This document shows, piece after piece, positions 19,884 to 28,458 of a stretch of 32,000 nucleotides of DNA (the stretch's first letter is position 1; every line of letters begins with the position of its first letter). The translations under genes and the position numbers were made by a program. The stretch comes from Psychrobacter cryohalolentis K5 (GTDB lineage: Bacteria > Pseudomonadota > Gammaproteobacteria > Pseudomonadales > Moraxellaceae): NCBI RefSeq assembly GCF_000013905.1, contig NC_007969.1, positions 2,730,001 to 2,762,000 on the forward strand, written 5' to 3'. The notes beneath the pieces were generated by a model. That model worked only from the letters and a program-made list of their open reading frames with translations, did not search any database and was not told the DNA's origin.

Positions 19884-20298
19884 AGGACTATAAACTCGGA
19901 TAAATAAACAATAAAAGTGGTGGAATATAAAATACGATAAAAAGATAAGTAACCTGCAAATATAACAACCTTTACCTGCTATTGCACTATTTGGACTAAA
20001 AATAGCGATAAAATGCTATTTATAGCAAGGTGCTAGGGTTTATTTGACGTTTAAGGGTTATTATAATTGGCAGATGGCTTATAGGTCAGAGTTATTGTAG
20101 CGTTCCTGTTTCCCAAGGTTGATGAAACATTCATACCTAGCCTGTTCCACGTTATAATAACGCCATTTATTGGCTACTTTCTCTTGATATCGTGATGCTT
20201 AAATACTTATTCAACTATTTGTAAGTATTTCATTAAAAAGCAATAAAATAACGAACAGAGAACGTGGTACTTTATGACTTCGTATATAGGATAAAATT

Positions 20299-20517
20299 AT
20301 GTTTGCCATTGCTGCCAGTACCGTTACCAGTTGGGGGCTTTACATCTTATTGCCCATTTTTATTGCCTTTTTATTCTTTATCATTTGGGACTTATCAAAA
20401 CAGTCTGGTGCTGGTCGCGCTGGTACATTTTGGATGTTCTTAGCACTTGGTACTGGTTTTATCGGTTTTATCTTAAAAATATTGTTAGAAATGGCATTTA
20501 CACGGTGGTTTATCTAA
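20299..20517 (+). CDS. Small two-helix membrane protein, DUF2788-like
   Basis: 72 aa with two hydrophobic helices around the loop WDLSKQSGAGRAGTF, a pattern I associate with DUF2788. AGGA 8 nt before the ATG. The overlapping ORF at 20331..20603 in another frame is rejected. Confidence 0.6.
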   Translation: MFAIAASTVTSWGLYILLPIFIAFLFFIIWDLSKQSGAGRAGTFWMFLALGTGFIGFILKILLEMAFTRWFI

Positions 20518-20560
20518 AAAGCATTGACAATTTACTGCTTTGCCAATTATTTTTTTGCAA

Positions 20561-21652
20561 TCATTTCTTGGCAATTAGAGTAGCACGCAGCGGCGCAGGA
20601 TAGCCTTCAAGAGTTTTGCTAGAATCATTAGGATCTAAAAAATCTGCTAACGAATGATAAGTCATCCATTCCGTTTTGCGCTGTTCTTCCGTCGAGGTAA
20701 CTGCCACATCGACGCAGCGCACCTCAGTAAAACCAGCTTTCTCTAACCAGCCTATTAATGCGGCAACCGAAGGTAAAAAATACACATTATTCATTTGAGC
20801 ATAGCGGTCATGCGGTACCAGTACCGTATTGGCATCGCCTTCTATTACCAAAGTTTCAAGTACCAGCTCGCCACCTTTGACCAACTGCCCTTTAAGCTGT
20901 TGCAAGTGCTCAAACGGCGATTGGCGATGATAGAGCACACCCATACTAAATACGGTGTCAAATAATTGGCTATGCTCAGGCAATGCTTCAAGCGGCACTG
21001 GAATATAATGAGTTCGGTAACGCCCTGTACCATGAGTATAAGTATGAGCATCGGCGCTACCTACAAAATGCCGAATCGCCATAAACTGATGATAAAACAA
21101 GCACGATGGGTCAATGATGATGACCGTATCGGCGCCTGACCCTGCCATACGCCAACCATGATAACCAGAACCACCACCAACATCTAAGACGCGGCGACCT
21201 TTTAAGTTACCCAAATGCGGTGCGACTCGTTGCCATTTCCAATCACTGTGCCATTCGGTATCAATCAATATTGGCGCATTGGTATCGCTGTTATCTTGGG
21301 TATCAACAGTTTGACGACTACTGATCTGACCACCAATTTGAAAAGGCCCTTTGCGCCACGGCATCAGCTGCTTTAATAATGCCATTGTTTGTTTGCGCTG
21401 AGACTCACTAAGATTTGCCTCAATCGTCAAGACATCACTGTTCAGATCGACATTATTGACCGTCAAATTCGGTAAACGCGCAACCGATGCTTGATAGGCA
21501 GGCGCATGCGCGTAATTGGCTTTGTCCTTGATATCATTTAACCATGTTGGCAAGCGCGTAAGCCATTCATAAGCACTTGGCTGCTGTTGCGCTAGTTCTA
21601 GCAGGGTTAAATACAGTTCACGTTCGGCGTGGGTAATAGTGTCGTTAAGCAT
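20561..21652 (-). CDS. cmoB: tRNA U34 carboxymethyltransferase
   Basis: Has LMPWRKGPF, DTEWHSDWKW and the SAM fold VLDVGGGSGYHGWRM. It is 363 aa against about 323 in E. coli, owing to two insertions. It lies 50 nt downstream of cmoA. Confidence 0.92.
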   Translation of the reverse strand: MLNDTITHAERELYLTLLELAQQQPSAYEWLTRLPTWLNDIKDKANYAHAPAYQASVARLPNLTVNNVDLNSDVLTIEANLSESQRKQTMALLKQLMPWRKGPFQIGGQISSRQTVDTQDNSDTNAPILIDTEWHSDWKWQRVAPHLGNLKGRRVLDVGGGSGYHGWRMAGSGADTVIIIDPSCLFYHQFMAIRHFVGSADAHTYTHGTGRYRTHYIPVPLEALPEHSQLFDTVFSMGVLYHRQSPFEHLQQLKGQLVKGGELVLETLVIEGDANTVLVPHDRYAQMNNVYFLPSVAALIGWLEKAGFTEVRCVDVAVTSTEEQRKTEWMTYHSLADFLDPNDSSKTLEGYPAPLRATLIAKK

Positions 21653-21702
21653 AAAAGCAGGTTACCGTATTGATCAAAAAACAACTGTGTTAAAAATAAG
21701 AA

Positions 21703-22491
21703 TTATTTAAACGCCACAATAGAGACGAAGTTTAAAAACTGAAACCACGTGAGATGACGCTGAAAGCCAACATCACTCAATCGTGCGTGATGCTCATCTA
21801 AAGTATCCGTAATAAGGACGTTTTCTAGCGCATTTCGTTTGCCGCTGATTTCCATCTCGGTATAGCCATTGGCGCGTTTAAAATCATAATAACGTTCAAC
21901 CAACCACGCATCATACTGCTCATCAAAGGCATGAGTCTTTTCGGTCAATACCAATATACCGCCTTCGCTGAGTGCCACATAAATCTTTTCTAACACTGCC
22001 ACTCTATCGGCAGCCGGTAAAAACTGTAAGGTTAAATTCAAAATCACCATATCACATGGCTCAAGCTCAATATCGCGAATATCCGCAGTGATGACCTCTA
22101 TGTCATGCTCAGGATAATTATCATTCAGTAAAGTAGTCGCTTCAGTGGTCATCGCAGGTGAAATATCAATCGCTTTAATTTGCAAATCTTGCGGCTCAAA
22201 CTCGCCAGCCAAGGTCATACTTGCAGCACCCAGTGAACAACCCAAATCATAAATACGGCTCACACGCTGCCCACTATCACTCTGTTGGCGATATTTACAA
22301 TGACGACGAGCAAATATGGGTAACATCGCCAATACCTGACCGTAACCGGGAACACTGCGACGGATCATATCCGGAAAACAAGCCACCACTTGCTCATCAA
22401 ATGAAAAGCGAGCTGCTTTATCTAGTGGCGTGGTGAATAAGGTGTCATGTTTAACAGTGGTAGGCTGAGATTGGCTCATAGTGTGACTCAT
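21703..22491 (-). CDS. cmoA: Carboxy-S-adenosyl-L-methionine synthase
   Basis: Has [34 protein letters not shown] and ILNLTLQFL, in the classic cmoA-cmoB pair. An alternative ATG lies 4 codons in. Confidence 0.92.
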
Positions 22492-22723
22492 TCTTTGGTA
22501 ATTAAACTAAACTTTAACGTGTGTAATCATCTTGACTGACGCTATCAATAATAAGCAGCTGATAATAACGAGCTTTTTAGCGTAGCAAAAGCCCATTATA
22601 ACATTACTATTTGTTACTTATCGCAGGCAACTGCACTGTTAAGCTAAATGTATATCGCCAAGCAAAATAGATTTGTAAAACATGCTTGGCTCATATTTTA
22701 TAATGATAAGAATAGGAAAAATT

Positions 22724-23245
22724 ATGCAAACCATTATATTAGGCGGTGGCTGTTTTTGGTGCACCGAATCAGTATTTTTATCCGTAAAAGGCGTACAGTC
22801 TGTAATATCAGGTTATATGGGCGGCGATGCGGTATCAGCCAATTATGAAGCAGTCTGCGGTGGGAATACTGGTCACGTTGAAGTGATTAAAGTCGAATTT
22901 GACGAATCGATTGTCCCATTAGAAGTGATACTTGATGTCTTCTTTGCCACTCATGATCCCACTACAATGGATCGTCAGGGTAATGATGTAGGTAGCCAAT
23001 ATCGTAGCGTCGTGTTCTACACTGATGAAACGCAAAAACCGACCATCGATCGTACCATTAATAAACTGCGTGACATGGGTATAAATGTGGTGACCGAAGT
23101 ACATCCTGCGGTTGAATTTTATCAAGCAGAAGACACACATCAAGACTTTTTTAATCGCAACCCAGGACAAGCTTATTGCAACTTTGCCATACCACCAAAA
23201 CTTGCTAAACTACGTAAAGAATTCAGTCAATATATGGTGAGCTAA
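22724..23245 (+). CDS. msrA: Peptide-methionine (S)-S-oxide reductase
   Basis: Active-site motif GGGCFWCTE lies near the N-terminus, plus GHVEVIKVEFD and HDPTT..RQGNDVGSQYRS. ATG at 22724 with AGGAAAAATT upstream; the track start at 22682 adds 14 residues. Confidence 0.93.
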   Translation: MQTIILGGGCFWCTESVFLSVKGVQSVISGYMGGDAVSANYEAVCGGNTGHVEVIKVEFDESIVPLEVILDVFFATHDPTTMDRQGNDVGSQYRSVVFYTDETQKPTIDRTINKLRDMGINVVTEVHPAVEFYQAEDTHQDFFNRNPGQAYCNFAIPPKLAKLRKEFSQYMVS

Positions 23246-23302
23246 GCATCACATTGCCTAACAATTTATTCGTTTCAGACATGTCTTAATTTATTATTTA
23301 AT

Positions 23303-23341
23303 AAAAGCCAAATGCTTATAATATAAGTATTTGGCTTTTTT
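23303..23341 (+). terminator. Rho-independent terminator after msrA
   Basis: AAAGCCAAATGCTTATA / TATAAGTATTTGGCTTT (one mismatch) followed by TTTTT. Confidence 0.85.
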
Positions 23342-23461
23342 AATTTCTGATAATTTTATTGGAGTTAATGACTTTAACAATATCAAGCGACAAGTTATGA
23401 TAATGCATCGACTGTAAAAAATAACTGATAATAGAAATTCTTATAACTGAAGGCTAAAGCA

Positions 23462-24121
23462 ATGAATCCAGAATTTTGGCAGGCTCGCTGGAAGGAAAAA
23501 CGCATCGGCTTTAATCAGCCTAAAGTGAATCCTTTGTTGATTAAATACTTTTCAGATTTAAAGATGGCCACCGGAAGCCGTATATTCATCCCTTTATGCG
23601 GCAAATCTATTGATATGATTTGGCTAGCCAATCAAGGTTTTGATATGGTCGGCGTTGAATTGGTTGAGTCAGCGGTACAGGAATTTTTTGCTGAAAATAA
23701 TATCTCTTATACGATAAAAGCGCATGATAAAAATTCAAATATTAAATGCTATCAAGGGCAGTTATCAGGACAAACAATAGCGTTATGGGTTGCAGATATA
23801 TTTATGCTACGTACTAATGATGTTGGTCGCGTTGATGCGGTCTACGATCGAGCAGCATTAATTGCGATGCCAGCAGAGTTGCGCCCGCAATATAGTCAGC
23901 AAGTTATCGACCTCAGTCAAAACGCTCATCAGTTATTACTGACACTCAATTACGACCAAAATGAGCGAGCAGGACCGCCCTTTTCAATCAGTCATGAGCA
24001 AATCCAGCAGTACTATAGCGCTCACTATCAAATTCAAGAGCTTGAGGGCAAACCATCGACTTTAAACGCCGCACCTGAGATGACGGTGACAGAGAATGTT
24101 TGGTTGTTGAATAAACCATAA
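23462..24121 (+). CDS. tpm: Thiopurine S-methyltransferase
   Basis: The N-terminus FWQARWKEKRIGFNQPKVNPLL, PLCGKSIDMIWLANQG and YDRAALIAMP match the bacterial TPMT family. GAAGG upstream. Confidence 0.9.
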   Translation: MNPEFWQARWKEKRIGFNQPKVNPLLIKYFSDLKMATGSRIFIPLCGKSIDMIWLANQGFDMVGVELVESAVQEFFAENNISYTIKAHDKNSNIKCYQGQLSGQTIALWVADIFMLRTNDVGRVDAVYDRAALIAMPAELRPQYSQQVIDLSQNAHQLLLTLNYDQNERAGPPFSISHEQIQQYYSAHYQIQELEGKPSTLNAAPEMTVTENVWLLNKP

Positions 24122-24133
24122 GCGAGAAATCTA

Positions 24134-24847
24134 ATGAAAATTTTAGTGAGTTTCGTAAGTCTCATTGCTTTCTTATTAGTCGTATTGACAGGCCCTCTTT
24201 ATAAGTATGACATCATTGAATTAGGTACGGTGTTTATAGGATTTAAATATGGCATATTGACCGCTGTTGCAGCCCTTGTATTGCTCGTATTACAAGTTAT
24301 ATTTAAGCGAAATACACTAACGCTTGCCAATGTGGTAGTCACCATTGCGTTATCGGCCGTTGCTCTCGGATTACCACTTAGTATGCTGAGTAAGGGCAAA
24401 AGCGTAGCGCCTATTCATGATATTTCAACTGACTTAATCAACCCACCTGAGTTTGTCGCTATTGCTCCGCTACGGGCTGACGCACCCAATCCAGTCGCTT
24501 ATGCTGGTGAAGCAACTGCCGAGCAACAACGTCAAGGCTATCCGGAACTAAAAACGCTAGTCTATTCACAATCAAAATCTGAGTTGATTGAGGAAACTAA
24601 ACAAGCCATCGATAATTTAGGTTGGGAGCTAGTAAATACTGATGCTAATAAAGGTATTGTTGAAGCAACAGATACTACGGCGTGGTTTGGTTTTAAAGAT
24701 GATGTCGTTGTACGTATCAACGATAATGGTAGCGAGCGTCTGGTTGATCTCCGTAGTAAATCGCGGGTTGGCGGTAGCGACTTGGGTAAAAACGCAGCAC
24801 GTATTCATGATTTTATTGAGGAATTGGATATCATTTTAGCGAAATAG
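24134..24847 (+). CDS. DUF1499 family membrane protein
   Basis: Three N-terminal hydrophobic helices followed by the DUF1499 core (PIHDISTD...NPPEF; DDVVVRI; RSKSRVGGSDLGKNAARI). It starts 12 nt after the tpm stop, so it is probably in an operon with tpm. Confidence 0.8.
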   Translation: MKILVSFVSLIAFLLVVLTGPLYKYDIIELGTVFIGFKYGILTAVAALVLLVLQVIFKRNTLTLANVVVTIALSAVALGLPLSMLSKGKSVAPIHDISTDLINPPEFVAIAPLRADAPNPVAYAGEATAEQQRQGYPELKTLVYSQSKSELIEETKQAIDNLGWELVNTDANKGIVEATDTTAWFGFKDDVVVRINDNGSERLVDLRSKSRVGGSDLGKNAARIHDFIEELDIILAK

Positions 24848-25113
24848 CTTTGTAAAACACCTGTAAAATTAATCATCCACGTTAAAACCAAAGACTTTCC
24901 TAAAATTATGTAATGCTATATTTTTCTAAAACCCTATCCTAACCTCACGCCAACGTCAGCTTATAGTAACCGAGTGCTACGATACCTTTTCTTTACTATT
25001 GAGATTGGTTACTCTAAGTAAAATCGACTTTTCATCGCTTTGTTTTACTTTCTAATAACTAATTTCTAGTAACTGTTTTTTAACAGCTACTTCGACGCTT
25101 ATAGGATATTTTT

Positions 25114-26586
25114 ATGCGCTTGAATCACTTATCCACCTTATCTTTATTGACGGCAGCGATTGGCTTAAGTCTTGCCAGCACCGCTCAAGCTGCCAAGCCA
25201 GACGCCCCAAACTTGTCTAATGCTCAGTTTCAGCAGTGTCTAGATGGTCTAAAAAACTCTAGCAAATTTCGTGATGTTGATAGCTATACCTTTAATAACT
25301 ATCGTCCCAGTGAGCCTGACCCTAGTGTTATTCAATCGCTAAACTATCAACCTGAATTTCAAAAAGACGTTTGGGATTATTTGTCATCACTTGTTGATAC
25401 CGAACGCGTAGAAGATGGTATCCGTGCCAAGCGTCAATGGGCGGATACGTTACGTAAAATTGAATCGCGCTATGGCGTTAAAGCCGAGCACGTATTAGGC
25501 GTTTGGGGCGTAGAGTCTAACTTTGGGCAGACATTGGGCAAAAAACCTTTGTTTGAATCTTTAGCGACCCTATCTTGCTTTGATCGCCGCCAAAGCTATT
25601 TCCAAGGCGAATATGCCAATGCACTAAAAATCGTCCAAAACGGTGATATTGCGCCAAGCGATATGACAGGTTCATGGGCAGGCGCGTTTGGTCAGACGCA
25701 GTTTATGCCAAGTACATTTTTAGAGTTGGCAGTCGACTTCGATGGCGATGGTCGCCGCGACTTGGTCAATAGCGTCCCCGATGCCCTTGCCTCTACGGCA
25801 AACTTCTTAGATAAACGTGGCTACCGTTCAGGCGAAGCATGGGGTTATGAGGTAAAACTGCCAAGTGGATTTTGGGCAGCGTCCAACCGTAAAGATAAAA
25901 AATCGATGAGCCACTGGCGCAATCAAGGTTTAACCCTTGCTAATGGCAGCCCGCTTCCTTCTGACTTGAGTAGTGCTGGATTATTATTACCAGCCGGTCC
26001 TGACGGCCCTGCATTCTTAGTCGGTAAAAACTTTGATACGTTCTATTCTTATAACGCCTCAGAAAGCTATGCACTGGCGATTGCCCATTTATCAGATTTG
26101 ATTACTCGCGAGAGTAGTAGTAAAACTGACTTTATCACAGCATGGCCAACTGACGATCCTGGTATTGGTCGTCAAGAATCCAGAGCGATTCAGCAAGCAT
26201 TATTAAATGCAGGATATGATATCGGCGCCGTCGATGGCATTATCGGTGATAATACTCGTACTGCTATCCAGCAGTACCAGTCTAGCCGTGGCATTTTTCC
26301 AGCTGATGGACGTGCAGGGCAGAAATTCTATCGTGCCATCGTTGGTAATACGGCGCCTAATACTTCGCAATACGGCAATCAGTATAACCAGCCAACAAAC
26401 AGTCGTCCTTTAAACCCCGCGTCTGCTGATCGTATGGGACAATTAATTCAACAGCAAAATACTACATCTAATAGCTACTCACAGCCTATAGCGATCAGCC
26501 CATCAAAATCAAGCACAACGCGATATCGCCGTGTAACGGGTGCTGATGGTACTATAAAACTGGTACGTATTGATGAAGGCTCTTGA
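25114..26586 (+). CDS. Lytic murein transglycosylase (MltB/SLT_2-like) with C-terminal peptidoglycan-binding domain
   Basis: Signal peptide ends in AQA-A. The transglycosylase core has GVWGVESNFG (catalytic Glu) and GAFGQTQFMPSTF. The PG_binding_1-like segment is IQQALLNAGYDIGAVDGIIGDNTRTAIQQYQ. Q/N/S-rich low-complexity tail. Confidence 0.88.
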   Translation: MRLNHLSTLSLLTAAIGLSLASTAQAAKPDAPNLSNAQFQQCLDGLKNSSKFRDVDSYTFNNYRPSEPDPSVIQSLNYQPEFQKDVWDYLSSLVDTERVEDGIRAKRQWADTLRKIESRYGVKAEHVLGVWGVESNFGQTLGKKPLFESLATLSCFDRRQSYFQGEYANALKIVQNGDIAPSDMTGSWAGAFGQTQFMPSTFLELAVDFDGDGRRDLVNSVPDALASTANFLDKRGYRSGEAWGYEVKLPSGFWAASNRKDKKSMSHWRNQGLTLANGSPLPSDLSSAGLLLPAGPDGPAFLVGKNFDTFYSYNASESYALAIAHLSDLITRESSSKTDFITAWPTDDPGIGRQESRAIQQALLNAGYDIGAVDGIIGDNTRTAIQQYQSSRGIFPADGRAGQKFYRAIVGNTAPNTSQYGNQYNQPTNSRPLNPASADRMGQLIQQQNTTSNSYSQPIAISPSKSSTTRYRRVTGADGTIKLVRIDEGS

Positions 26587-26617
26587 TTAGGTAATGCCTT
26601 TTAAGTATTAATGAAAA

Positions 26618-26648
26618 TAAAAAGCCACGCTAATTAGCGTGGCTTTTT
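26618..26648. terminator. Bidirectional rho-independent terminator between convergent genes
   Basis: AAAAAGCCACGC-TAATTA-GCGTGGCTTTTT, located between the stops at 26586 (+) and 26716 (-). Confidence 0.9.
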
Positions 26649-26715
26649 GATCATGTCAGTTCTGACACTCTTTATGACTTGTCACAGTTTACATGATATA
26701 TCTAATTTTTAGACA

Positions 26716-27015
26716 TTAAACGATAGGTGGTGGATTCGGTTTACCATTGTCACCATCCCAGTTTTCACGAGCTTTATCATCTAAATCTGCTGGCGTCTTA
26801 GGCTCCCATTTGCCATTTTCTTTCCACGTGGCATCACCCCAATCTGCATCCTCTTCCTTTCTATCCAATTCCTTATAGACTTTGGTCGGATCGATACCGC
26901 GGCGCTTCATATCTGCTACTTGCTCTTCTAACGTATGAAACTGACTTGCCTCATGCATGGTTTGCTCTAAGCTATCCAACTCACTTTTTAACGCGTCATT
27001 TTTAGCATTACTCAT
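26716..27015 (-). CDS. Small acidic hypothetical protein (99 aa)
   Basis: Strong AAGGAG 8 nt before the ATG and its own terminator. The N-terminal helical segment may form a coiled coil (ALKSELDSLEQTMHEASQFHTLEEQVADMKRRG). The tail is W/D/K/G-rich and ends in PNPPPIV. I recognise no family. Confidence 0.65.
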   Translation of the reverse strand: MSNAKNDALKSELDSLEQTMHEASQFHTLEEQVADMKRRGIDPTKVYKELDRKEEDADWGDATWKENGKWEPKTPADLDDKARENWDGDNGKPNPPPIV

Positions 27016-27220
27016 TATTTGTTCTCCTTAATTGCTCAGTATTATTATGTGTTCATCTTGATCATTATTACGAGTATCAAAGGGATTCACAACGAGTACC
27101 ACGTATACTTTGTATTACAAAACGTAGCCATTAGCAAGAAACGTGTTAGTCAATCATGATTTGTATGAGGTTCTAAGATTGGTAGCAACGATTATGACTG
27201 ATAATAGCGAAGGCGATAAT

Positions 27221-28249
27221 TTAGCTAGTGGCGGTTGATATAGCAGGATTTTCTATCGATGGCTTTTTTGCATCAAGTAAACTTTTTGCATAAAAAGTCA
27301 GCTTCCAAAGCTCCTGTGTGACCCGTGTTCCATAGGTAGTTAGCTGTATCCAATTAGCCGCAACCAATTGCCGCTGTAGATGATTGAGATCATCTTGAGA
27401 GATTTGACAACGTGCTACAGCATGAACATTTGGCATCTCGCGCTTGATATCGATCTCAGCTCGCGCAGCGATTAAGCGGTTGATACCACTTTGTAGACCA
27501 TAGCTTGAAAAAGTAGCTGGCATTTTTATCAGAGTGATTAATACGTCTTGCCATGCCAATACCATTGGTCTTGTCACATCGGTTAAATTACCACCCTCAT
27601 AAGCTTGGGCTTTATAGTGAATCTCAAAGGTCTCTGTCAATACGATTGGCTTACTGACATTATCGTCCATACTCTGACTAGGGACGACAGTAGTCTCTTG
27701 CCCTGTCACTCTATTGTTTGTTAAAGTAGCCGCTAGAGTCTCAGATACTGAAGGTTTGTTAGTCTTCATCGCCTCTTCATCAACCCTGATCCATCCCGCA
27801 GCTATATTATGGCTAGCAACCATTTTGTAATAGGCTTGGATAAGCAATTGCTCGATGTCGTTTTCTGTCTCGTAATAATAAATCTTATCCGTTTTTGACG
27901 TTACTGCACTGGTAAATTCTTGCAACTGTCTACTGATATTGGCACCGTTATGGTGTTTCTTTATTAGTATCAGTAAAGGTTTGAGCTTCGCTTTAGCATT
28001 GAGATAGCTCAAATGCATTTGACTAACACCGTTATTTTGCGTCGTACCGTAGCTATCGCCAATGACCATCAAAGCATAATCACAAGCATCAATACACTGA
28101 CGCCCATATAACGAAGCTTTGGGTAATCTACTGGAAGCATCATAGGTTAAAAAGGCACGGCCTTGAAAAAATATCGCAATACTATCCAATACCAATAACT
28201 GGTCGTTATCAGCGCATACAATATGAATATGGTAGCGACGGTTTGGCAC
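27221..28249 (-). CDS. Hypothetical protein with DUF4062-like (TIR-like Rossmannoid) N-terminal domain and uncharacterised C-terminal domain
   Basis: N-terminal layout: a beta-strand (YHIHIVCAD), then about 40 aa, then IDACDYALMVIGDSYGT...GVSQMHLSYLNAKAKLKPLLILI. This parallels the DUF4062 pattern as I remember it (FxSS...D.SDYyvliig.rYGs...GiSyTE.EY..A...g.PvL.F). The C-terminal half (ETFEIHYKAQAYEGGNL...ISQDDLNHLQRQLVAANWIQLTTYG...WKLT) has no function known to me. Start is GTG 28249, with the extended SD AGAGGTGATC immediately upstream, or GTG 28255 (track). Confidence 0.55.
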   Translation of the reverse strand: MPNRRYHIHIVCADNDQLLVLDSIAIFFQGRAFLTYDASSRLPKASLYGRQCIDACDYALMVIGDSYGTTQNNGVSQMHLSYLNAKAKLKPLLILIKKHHNGANISRQLQEFTSAVTSKTDKIYYYETENDIEQLLIQAYYKMVASHNIAAGWIRVDEEAMKTNKPSVSETLAATLTNNRVTGQETTVVPSQSMDDNVSKPIVLTETFEIHYKAQAYEGGNLTDVTRPMVLAWQDVLITLIKMPATFSSYGLQSGINRLIAARAEIDIKREMPNVHAVARCQISQDDLNHLQRQLVAANWIQLTTYGTRVTQELWKLTFYAKSLLDAKKPSIENPAISTATS

Positions 28250-28288
28250 GATCACCTCTAATCTCTATTAGCTGGTCGAAAAAGATAC

Positions 28289-28306
28289 GTTCTCAGAGTT
28301 CTCAGA
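28289..28306 (-). repeat. Tandem 9-mer (GTTCTCAGA x2) in the leader of the DUF4062-like gene
   Basis: Perfect tandem duplication at 28289-28297 and 28298-28306. It lies 40-57 nt upstream of the GTG at 28249 and just downstream of a minus-strand TATAAT (28313-28318). Position is operator-like; function unknown. Confidence 0.4.
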
Positions 28307-28458
28307 AAAATTATAATAACAAGCAATTAAAATATTCTGTTTGGTAAATACAAGCCTAGCATAATATTGCTAGAATACGTTTACTTTATTTCCAATTCCA
28401 TTAATATACTACGGGATTATAACAGCTGTATCGAAATTAATCCTAGGAGCCCCTAAGG

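Noticed and set aside
18058-19893. Plus-strand ORFs within argS (including the 163-aa ORF at 18344..18835)
   Set aside because: They are antisense to a full-length class-I aminoacyl-tRNA synthetase and have His/Arg-rich nonsense composition.
20331-20603. 90-aa ORF overlapping the DUF2788-like gene and the cmoB 3' end
   Set aside because: It is out of frame with an ORF that has a good SD and a coherent two-helix membrane topology, and it also runs into the convergent cmoB.
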